Positions 11,147-21,700 of a DNA stretch of 64,000 nucleotides are shown here, piece after piece. Location of the stretch: positions 22,072,001 to 22,136,000 of the forward strand of contig NC_045716.1 of NCBI RefSeq assembly GCF_009834535.1. Direction: 5' to 3'. Position 1 is the first letter of the stretch. The number at the start of each line of letters is the position of its first letter. The position numbers and the translations under genes were made by a program. The stretch comes from Camelus ferus (lineage: Eukaryota). The notes under the pieces were generated by a model, which saw only the letters and a program-made list of their open reading frames with translations, was not told the origin of the DNA and did no database searches.

Positions 11147-11398
11147 TCACTCCGCGTAGGTAGCGTCATCATTGCTGTCGCTGTAGGCGGAGGAGGAGAG
11201 CTCCTCACGGGGTGTGCAGACCGGGCACCGCTGCCGCATGTCGTTCCAGCATGACCAGCAATATACCGCCTCGCAGTCCGGCGTCGGGCACACATAGGAC
11301 TCGGGCGCCTCGGGTGCCTGGCACACCACGCATCGCCGGCGCAGCCAGGGGCGCAAGATGGGGCAGCGGCGGTGCAGGATGTCCGCCAGGTGGCGGCG
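11147..11398 (-). CDS. DCST1: DCST1 coding exon 16 (last)
   Basis: [26 protein letters not shown]...DDATYAE-TGA. Confidence 0.94.
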   Translation of the reverse strand, partial: RRHLADILHRRCPILRPWLRRRCVVCQAPEAPESYVCPTPDCEAVYCWSCWNDMRQRCPVCTPREELSSSAYSDSNDDATYAE

Positions 11399-14300
11399 CT
11401 GTTAGGAGGCAAGGCGGGTTTAGAGCCTGTTGGGGAGTAGCGGGGAAAGAAGGGGTGCGAAGGGTACTGGATAGCGCTTCTTGTTTGAAATCTTAAGGCC
11501 TGACTATGCTCACATGTTGGAGGGAGCTGGATTGGGCAAAGAAGACCCGTGGAGGGCAAGGGTACTGTGAAGTGGGTCCTAGAGAGCCTCCCTCACTCCT
11601 TGATGGAGAGTGGGAGGATGCAGCCTACACTCTCTCCCAGCCAGTAACAGCAACAACCATCATAGTTTGCACTTTCCCATGAATCACCTTAGTTGATTCT
11701 CACCGTGGGGCAGAGACATGAGTAGGGCAGATAAGACCATCACTACTGTGTTCCCCCACTTTACAGATGAGAAAGATGAACCTCATGAAGGTTAAGTGAA
11801 TTCCCAAAGGCACAGGGGATAAACAATCAAACCTCGCTGGACCCAGGTACCCTGATTCCAAATCATAAGGCTGGCTTATTATGCTTCCTCCCTCTTCCAC
11901 CCTCTCTCCACACAATTGCCAGGAATTCTCAGGCCACATTATCAGGTCACTCTCTGCTCAAGAAACTCCAGAGGCCCCACTACCTGCTAGACAAAGGCAG
12001 AACTCCGGGGCATGGCCTTCTGAGTCTTCCACAATCTGGTCCCTTTCTAGCCTCTGCTCCAACTTACCTCTCCCTGAACTTTCCATCTTTTGTACCAGTT
12101 TCTCCTTAGACTAGCCCTGGCTCTTGCAATTCCCTCTAGACTCTGAGTCTTTGCACATTCTGTTCCCTCAGCTTGGAATGAAAGCCCTTCACATTTCCAC
12201 CTGCCCATCAAAATCCAGTTAACTCCATGAACTGTCATGTAATCATAGTATGTTCATTTTTTTCATCAGGCATTCATTTAGCCCCTATTGTGTGACATGG
12301 GAGTTGGGGCAATCTAGACACTGAAGGAAAAAGTTAAGCAAACATAGTCTCTCACTTTTATGAGCTTTGTTAGGTCTGGTTAAATAAGAATGTCTGCCAC
12401 TCATTTTTAAAATAATGTTGGGCCCTGTACCAAGAAACTGAAAGCAAATTAACTAAATTCAGACAATAACCACTTAAGGCAGATATTGGTGTCATTATCT
12501 CTTTTTCAGGCGAGAAAACTGATGCTTGGAGAGGTGGCTACTTGCCTAGGATCACACAATGACAATTAGCACGTGTATGGAACTTGCTGTGTGCCTGCAC
12601 CATGACAGTGAAACTCATCTAATCCTTACAACAACCAGATGGAGTAGTTAATTCCATTTTACAGGAGGGAAGAACCAAGGCTCAGCATTAAGTAAGTGCT
12701 TCAAGATTACGCAATTGTCAGAGTAATAAGGGGAGGAGCCAGAATACAAACCCTCTGGCGTCAGAGCCCCACACCTAACCACCATTCTGTTACTGATCTT
12801 TAGTGAGCTGGCCTTACAGATCTGTCCAAGCTCCCCATTCTTCAGAGGGAAAAACTGAGGTCAAGTGAGGACCATGGCCAGGGCCATACAGCTTAATGAG
12901 GGAGTGTGGACTGGAATCTGGTTCTTCTGACTGTGTACTTTCTGTACACCACATACCCTTTCATGAGGCCTCCCTTACCCCCAGCCCATCTGCCTCCCTG
13001 CCCTCCTCTGAACTGCACTGAGCTTCTGGTCTGCAGCCCTCTTAGAAGAACCTGTGGTCCCTTGTTTCTGATGAACCCCTCTTGCGTTCCTTTGACCCCA
13101 CTATCAAATCTGATCCCCCTTTTCTGCCTGCTTCCCAGTGGTCCACTGAGGATCTCAGGCTGAGCTGGATCCTGGGGTACAGAGATGGACACAGCCTTGA
13201 CCTCCAGGAGCTGGAGGACCAGGGCCCTTTGCATGCATCCCATCAGAACTGACTGGGCGTCAGTAGGCCTGGGACCTCGGTGGGGGCTGGGCACAGGGGC
13301 ACAGGCCTAGACTTACGGGAGCTCTCTGCTGTTGTGCCCGCCTCATGATGGTGGCCCTCCTCAGTTGGGTGAAGGCTGCTCTCTTCCTCAGGAGCTCGTT
13401 ATAGAGGAACAGGATACGTTGCTTCTCTCGCTGGGGCCGGGGAGAGTGGATCAGTGACAGTGACAGTGTTAAGGAGAAAGGCATCTCCCAAAGATGGGGC
13501 TGGTGGGGAGCTGGGTGCGGGCTGGTGTGTGTGCGTAGGGGTGGAGGGGTCAGGGGCGGGGTGGACCTTGGGGAAGTAGAAGGCTGCGATGACCCTCCGG
13601 AGCCGGTAGCCGAGCGCCTGGAGCAGGCAGAGACACACGAGCAGGCCGCTTGGCAGTGCAGCCCTCAGATAGGCCCTGGTACTCAGGGGCACGGGCTGGG
13701 GCAGGCAGGCTGGGGGAGGGGGCAGGCCTGTGAGGGATCTGGTTAGGATCGGCTCTGGGTTGAATACCCCGTGCCAGCGGGATGGGGGTTAAGCCTCTGA
13801 TTACCCTGCCCTCCTCCTGCCTGCCCCTCACCCTGCAGAGCTGTGCTGCCAATACAGGAAGCTATTTCCTCAGCATGGCACAAATGTAGAAATTTTCCAT
13901 CATGGCAGAAAGTTCTGTTGGACAGGGTTGCTCCCAAGGGCTGGGACTCTCTGGCCCTAAGGCCCCAGCCTTCAGAGCCCTCTGACCTAAGCCTGTCATC
14001 CTCCAACTCTGACCTGATGTTTCCCGCTCTGATTTCTCCAACCCAACCTCGCCACTTCACCATCTCACCAAACCCAAGGCGGTCGCCCAACGCTTTGTCC
14101 TGGAAAGACTCTGTCTCCACCCGTCCTCCGCCCTCAGTTCCTCTGATCCAAACTTTTAGCATCACTCACGCATGTTGTTTGATTCCACTACTGTCTCTGA
14201 GGAGGTGTTCAGGGCCCCGATGGTTTTCCGAAGAAGCCGGGCAAGCATAGAGTCTCCCCCGACTTTCACTTCCAATTTATGACTGCCTGAAGCCAGAATA

Positions 14301-15729
14301 GGGGCCGTGGTATGTGGTGGGGTGGGTATGGATCACGAAAGAATTGGAGTTAAGGGGATGGGGCAGGATGGGGACTGGATGAAGGGGAGAGGTCAGAGCA
14401 TAGAAAAACTCACTGCACAGGACTTTTTGTCCTCTCACCAAATACTAACTCCTCCTTTTGGTAAATATAAAGGGGGGTTGGAAACTGAGGCCCCCAGTGA
14501 CAGCTGTCAGATTGCAGGGCTGATACTTGACCCTGCAGAGGACAGGGAGGGGCTGAGACGCAGAAGGAAGTGCAAAATGGGAAGAATTGGGGTGGGGTGG
14601 CTGCACAGGGGTGGGGGTTCTCCAGGGGGCTGTCTCCTGGGCCTGGAGCCTGGAGTGGGGGCTGGGCTCACTGCGGAAGGAGTACTGCAGGAAAGAGTGG
14701 TGGCGGATGGTGTCAAAGATGGAGTAGAGAACCCAGTCCAGGCCACAGAGCAGCAGCAGCAGCAGCAGCACGGGCATTGTCTCCATGAGCTCCCTTACCT
14801 GCCCAAGGAGAAGGAGGGGCGGAGCTGGGCAGCGTCGCCTGCCCTGGCCTGGAGCCCTTTCTGATGCCTTTGCCCTCCACCCCTCAGGCCCCTGCCTCTG
14901 TAGGATCAGGGGTCTCCCCTCCATGCCACCCTCACCACATTTCTCATTTCTGAGGCCTGGATGGTGGGGTCCCTGGGGAAGATGACGGTTTTCTTCTCAG
15001 CTTTGCGGAGTGGCAGCAGAGTCCGTTTGCCCTGGGAAAATGTCCACACAGTGAGAAACACTGAGCAGCCTCTCCCCTTTCCCGCTGCCCTCCAGGGCCG
15101 TGAAGCCACACAGGGCACAGAGCAGGGCGCCCTTGGGCCGGGCTGCGCCCGCTCACCAGCTTCCTCCTGCGTTCATCGATCTGACAGAAGTAGGTGCTGA
15201 TGTAGATGTTGTCAAAGCGGATGTCCCCGTTATAACTGTCCACGTAGGAGAAGCACCTGTGGATTAGGGGGTCTCTGTCTCTTCCAGGTTTGCCCACGCC
15301 CCGCCGTGGGCTTCCTGGGCGCACAGCCATTCAGCCGACCACCCAGCATGCACTGGACCCCAGCTATGTCCTAGGAGAAGGCACTTCTGCCCTGCCCCTC
15401 AGCAGCCCACAGCCCAGTGAGAGACATGCACACATACGCTGATGAGACATAATAGAGGTGAGGAGAGGAGGGAGAGTCATGTAAGGGCATGGGAGGTAGG
15501 GGAAGGTTTCCCAGGCGTGGAACTTTCTGGATGAATAGCAGAGGAAACAGCAGGAGAAAAAGCACCGAGACAAGAAACCCGTAAAGGTGGCCGGAATTTC
15601 CTGATTCACCTCTCAAGTCCCTACCTCTTGGCCAAGCCCTCAAAACATCTCCTGGAAGTCACTTCAAGCAAAATTCATTCCAACCACTATTTCCCTTTTC
15701 CTCTAACACACCCTTGAGTGCAGCGGTGT

Positions 15730-15779
<50 letters not shown>

Positions 15780-18700
15780 CAAATGTAGCTCCCCTCTGTG
15801 TATCTCCCAAAGTCCCATATAATGCTTCTGTTTCCTAAGAAAAAAATGTTAATTGTTGGAAATGTGTTTTAAACTGTAAAATTACATTAAGTAAGCTCTG
15901 TAAACTGTGAAACATAAGTTCCAATGCTGTTGGTTCTGGGACCCTGTAAAAATCCACGTCTTCGCCTTTAAGGTAGAAGTAACTATAAATGCAAAGAAAG
16001 GCTATGAGCGCCCCCTTGTGGAGAGACCTACCGCTGCCGGGCCTGGGCCCCGCCCCCTGGCCAGCTCTGTCCCTTCAGTGAGTGACCCCACCCAGGTTGA
16101 AAGCCTGGAAATGGCTTTTGACTATGTGCCTCCTTCCTTCCCTCCCCAAGCTGGCTCTGAGACCTGCTGCACCTTTCCCCTTCCTCCCTCCATCTCAGGC
16201 CAACTTCCTGCCACGCCCCACTCCAGCCAGGCTCCCTAACCTCTGACCCACCTTGGCCTCCCTGCCTCCAAGCTGCTCCAGTCCACCCTGAAACCCTGCA
16301 ACTGAGGGGCAGTTCAGGGCCCTCCTGCAGGGATTTTTCAGACTGTTCTGACCATGCCCGCTTCAGCCCAGTCCTCAACCCCAGCCTCTGTCTTCCACAC
16401 CCCACAAATGCCAGAATCCTGGCCCAAGAGAACTCCTTTTCTCTTCTTGACCATGGCTCCCTATCTGCAGTCTTTTGAAGCCCCATTATGGCCCTCTCAG
16501 GGGCACCTTTTCAGCTCCCACCCCTGTCCCAAGAGCCAGTTCATAGTACAGCCCTGAACCATCTGTTTTGTTGATGTCTCTCTTGCTTCTCCTAGACCAT
16601 GAGCTTCTTGAGGGCAGGAATATGGCTCATTCATCTTTGTCCTTCCACAGGGCCCTTGGCACACATGTAACCACTCACTTGTGGTCACTCTAGGCCCCAC
16701 AGATGGGGCCAACCAAGCAGGAGCTCCTATGGCTGCCCTTGCCCAGCCCCTGCCCATCTCAGGCATTTGGGGGTGGATTCAGGACATAGAGGGTCCAGAG
16801 GTCGGCAGGGAAGCCAGGTAAGGCCCAGGAGCCCAGCTAGACGCCAGGCTGGGTGGGGTTGAGGACTTTGGTCCAAATGGAGGGAAAGTAGCTGCCAACG
16901 CAGCAGGCGGGAGAAAATGAAAGCAGAATTGGACGATAAAAATGGCACAAAGTCAGAGCCAAGGGGAATATGAAGGGCAAGAAAAAAAATCAAAAGTCAA
17001 AGCTAAAAGTAAAGAAGAAAGTCAGCATCAGGATAAAGGCCGGAAGGAGGCAGATAAATGAAGACAGTCACCCTTTTAAGGTGGTGGGAACCTGGGTAAC
17101 GTTCCTTCTGACAAAATGTCCACATTTCCTTTAACTTTGTGTAAACAACAAACCCAGTTTTATAAAAAGGTGAAGTTAAAGGCCCAAGAACGTTCACATT
17201 TGGAGTCGAAGGTGGGCTCTGCAGCTCCATCCTTAGAGCCTCCCTCAGGGCAGGGCTTCCATCCTGAGCATAGGAGGGGGCTTCTGGGTGGAGGTTGAGG
17301 ACTCACGCGCGGAGGACGAGCAGGAAGGTGCAGGAGAGCAGCACGTGCAGCAGCCCCAGGGCCCACTCCAGCTGGGCCTCCTGACGTCTCACGTAGTCCC
17401 GCACCTCGGTGCTCACATGTTCCCAGCTTGTGTTGAGGCCCAGCACCCCAGCCCGCTTCTCTTCCTGGTGGAGGGCGTTGGGCCGACTCAGAGCCTCAGC
17501 CTCTCAGCCTCCCAACCTCCCAGCCTTCCAGCCTCTCTGCAGCTTCTCTTCTCTGATGCCCGCCCTTGTCCCCTGACTCTTCTCAAGACCTTTAGGGTTG
17601 CCACCTCCTTCTGTTCGCTGCCCTCCTTGACTCAGTCTTGCTGCCCTACATCTGTATGAGCTGACACCTTCCCACACCTGGCTGACTCTTCTGTCCTCAA
17701 GTCAGGTCCCTGTATGTGTGAGCCACAAGCTCGGCCCTCTTCCCCACCCTGTCCCCTCACTCACAGCCAGTCACCGCTCTCCTGTGTCCTCTCACTTGCT
17801 CTTCCTCACACCCTTTTCCCGGTGCCCTCCTCCCACTCCCTATCTCCCCCTGCCCCCATCCCCACCCTCACACCCTCCTCCTACCTTGAGGTTAATAGTG
17901 GCTGAAAATTCCCCCTCCAGGCCGCGAATAGACTGGTTGAGGGTGTCATAGGTCTGCCCAAAGTTGCCCTCCACTGGGATGCGGCTGCGGCACCAGACCT
18001 CCATCACTGGCCGGGGGGTGGGGAGGGGACAGGTCAGGGACCTCCCTGTACCCAGCCTCCAGTCCTCCCTTCCTCTGAGCCTCTTCATCCTGCTTTTCTG
18101 TCTCTCTGCCTATGACTTTCTACCACCCTCAGTCTCTCCCCCTTCACTCTCCTTGAATTCTTTCCCCCATTTTTTCACCTGTCTATAACCATACCAAAGG
18201 TTGATAATGATAGCCAACATTTAATACAGCGATTCCTCTCCGTGCCAGTGCTGTTGCCTGCTTTACACACATTACCCCTTAAAGCCTCAAAAACTCCAAG
18301 TGGGATAAACATAACATCGCTGCCCATCTTTCAGATGAAGAGACAAAGCTGAGAGCCTTGCTGTAAACTTACCCGAGTCACAGAGCCTGTCAGTGGAGGG
18401 GCTGGGATCTGAGGGTGCCGTGTCCCCAGAGCCGAAACCCTCCCCTCCTGATTGCCTTCTGCCCCACACCTACCTGGGGTCTCCAAGGACTCAGACCCCA
18501 GCCCTGGTGCTCCCCACCCTCCTGCTGCAGTGCTGACCCTTGGCAATGCCGCAGAAGAACTTGAACTTCATGGGCAGGCAGAGCAGATGGCTGAGGAGCG
18601 GGACCCAGATGCGTTGCATGCACTCTTCGTGCTTTTGGTCAAACCAGTGGCGGCAGTGGAGCATGGCCTTGTTCACCACATCTGTGGGAAGGAGCAACAG

Positions 18701-21700
18701 GTGCCTGAGGTCCCCACACGCTCACCTGGAGCCCCCCCAGCCCCCCCCAGGGACCCCACCCTCACAGGAGCAACGCAGCTTGGTCCGCAGCTCATACATC
18801 TTCTGTGTAGAGAGGCGGTATCTGGAGGCTGAGGCACGGCGGATCTCTCTGCCTTGGGCTGCCTCCTCTGAGCCCAGGGCATCCTCGGGAGTGAAGCCGG
18901 TCTCACTGTTCACCTGGGCATCCAGCTCCTCAAAGGAGTTGGTGATGTTCTGAGTCTCGGCTTTCATCAAATCTTTGCTCCCCTGGGGTTGGAGCGGGAG
19001 GGAAGAAATGGATCAGACATGGGAGCTTAGAGCTTCTGCTGCCCAACAGCCTGTTCTTCCCTCAATAGCCAAGCTTTGGGCTCTTACCTCAATTCTATAG
19101 GGAGACTAAGCCCTGAGACAGACTTTCATCTCAGATTCTCCACTGTTCATAGTCCTTGGGAGCCCTCTCCCCTCCCCAGGTGCCTCTGCTCACCTCCCAG
19201 GCTCCCAGCTCCTCCTGAGGCCTCCCATCCCAGAAGGGTTCCCCAGGTTCTTGGACTTCACCCATCACTAATCTCACAGACCACTGTGCCAACTCAAGGT
19301 CCCAAGCCCCTCAGTCCTTATCTCCCCAGCTCCTCAACTCTCCAATTCTTCCGAACCCCCATCTCTAGTCTTCTAGTACCCAATTCCCTAATCCTCTGGT
19401 CCTCAAAGCTTCCAGAGTGCTCAAGGCCAGGGCCCCCAATTTCCTGGCATTCTAGCTCAGCTACCCAGAGTACCACCTACTCAGGTGGTTGGAAAAGTGT
19501 GTGTTTGGGGGTGTCCCGATGGCTTGGGACAGGGGCTATCCTGGCATTTATCGCCCAGGGACCATTTAGTGCAATGTTTGGGGACAGTTCTGCAAAAAAA
19601 AAAAAAATCCAGTACCACCCTCATTGGGAAACTGTAAATCCAGGACCCCAGCCCCCAGCGCAGGTCATCTAGGCCCTGCGGGGAGAGGGACCCCCAGGTC
19701 CTGGCCGGGCAGGGTCCTGACCAGCAGGTCCTTGAACACTGCCCGAAGCGGGGCTGTGGAAACATGCCAGGCCGCGCGGGTGTTGTTGATCTGCAGCTCC
19801 ACGGTGCAGCCCAGCGATGCTATCACCTCATTGAGGTTGTGCCGCAGGTTGGCCACTGGTCCTGGGGGAAGATGCCCTGGTAGATTATCTCCCTCTAGAG
19901 CCAATTAACTTCCTTCAGCCCACCCCTAACTCCTACTCTGCGTGCAGTGACCATCTCCTAGAAGCGTACACTGATGGGGCCCAGAAACTGGTGAGAGGTC
20001 AGCTCATTCAACCCATGATCTTTTTACCTGTGTAAACTAAGGAGACCCAGAGATGTGGAGGCATTCTCTCAGGGACACCCAGCAAGTTGGAACAGCTGGG
20101 ATGAGACTCCCAGTCCTTCTCCTTTACCAGGCCTGGCACTCACTGGATGGCCCACCCGGGGTCACTGCTTCATTGAAGACTAACTGGTACCCAGGGGCAC
20201 ACACTCACCCTCATAGATGGCGGCCAAGGCGTATCCCAGCACAAAGAGCCGGCCCTCTTTGCCCAGCATCTTGGGTACTAGCAGGAGGCTGGCACAGCGG
20301 ATGTGAGGGGAGGTCCCCCAGCCCATGGCCCCCAAGCCTGTGGGGAGAGCCCAGGAGGTGAGGAGGCAGAGTGAGGAAGCTGCCTCACCCACCAGGTTTA
20401 GCAGAGCACCCACCCTCTTTGACTCCCTTCTAGAACCATCACCATTCTACCTGTGTCCCACTTACAGTGACTCTGATAGGCCTTCCAGGCCACTCACTCA
20501 TTTACTGAACAGCCATTTACAGGGTTCAGCTGTGTGGCAGTCTCTGGAAGGGCTTGGAAAGATGGCTAGAGATTGAAAAGCCATGGTCGGGGATTGACTT
20601 TGCATGTGTACATGTGTGTGTGCTAGGGAAGGGGGCCAACACTTCTCCTCCTCCAGGCTGGATTCACACTTACCATAGGTGCTGAGAGAGCAGAAAGCAA
20701 GAGAAAAATTCTGGAAACAGGCACTGGTGCCCAGAGCCGTCAGAAGAGAGGTCACAGCCACTTCAATATTCCCCGTGCTCTGCCACCTACAGCACTCACA
20801 GTCTCTGCCCCTAATTTTAGCCCTTAATTGTGTACATCCTGGTATGTTTTAGCAGTTTCACGTGTGTCTCCCTGTGGTCTCTGCAAGGAGACAGTGAGCT
20901 CCTTGAAGCTCATAATCCAGGGAGAGAGACAGACGGGTAAACAAATGACTACAACACGAAGTGCTAAGTGCACAGGGAGGTGCTTATAAAGAGCTGTGGG
21001 AGCCGAGAAGGGAGTGGGTATTTCTGCGGGGAGGGGTGGGGCTGGGAAGGCTGGACAAAGGAGGTGATGTGTCAGCGGGGCCTGGAAGATGAGTAAGTGT
21101 TGTTCGGCATTCCAGGCCCAAGGAACAGCATAAACTGGTCAGGGAACCTAGAAGACTCTGGTATTGATAGAGTGTTCTCCCAAGGGTCACCAAATTAAAC
21201 CCCAAGTCCTCACTCTGCTCCATCTCCACTGCCCTCATGGAGTCCCCGTCGTCCCTCATAGGGACCAGCTAGTCTCCTAATTCCTCTCTTGCTAACCTAA
21301 ACTTCAGTTTTCACAAGGCAGCTACATCTTGTAAAAACGTAAGTCAGATCACGTCCCTTCTCTGCTTCAAACTAGGCAATGACTTTCCACCTCACTTGGG
21401 ATCAAATCCAAACTTCCTGAATGTGGTCTCCAGATTTTCATGATCTGGCCCCGGCCTCCCTTCTGAAATGATCACGTGCCACTCAGCCCTTCGCCCACCA
21501 TGTCTGCCCACACAGGCCTTGTTGCTGTTCCTGGAACCCGCCAAGCTCATAGCTCATCCCTCCTCTCAGGTCTTCGCCCTGGCTGGTCCCCCTGCCAGGA
21601 GCGTTCCTCCCCCTGTTCTCCACCTGGCCGGCTCCACCTGGTCATACAGGTTTGCTGCAAACCCTGTCGGGTGCCACCCAGCAGTTTTTCTGCCTTCTTC

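Larger units (their letters stand above)
10400..11420. promoter_or_regulatory. CpG island / TATA-less ADAM15 promoter overlapping the DCST1 last exon
   Basis: High CpG density; three CCGCCC GC boxes at 10748-10785; ETS-like TTCCGG near 10870. Confidence 0.8.

Noticed and set aside
10369-11163. Long plus-strand ORFs (264, 236, 137 aa) antisense to ADAM15 exon 1
   Set aside because: Low-complexity Pro/Ala/Arg/Gly translations, expected from stop-poor CpG-island DNA; no domain recognised.
16880-17200. A-rich, purine-skewed block in a DCST1 intron
   Set aside because: I could not assign it to a repeat, pseudogene or exon; needs a Dfam or BLAST search before any claim.
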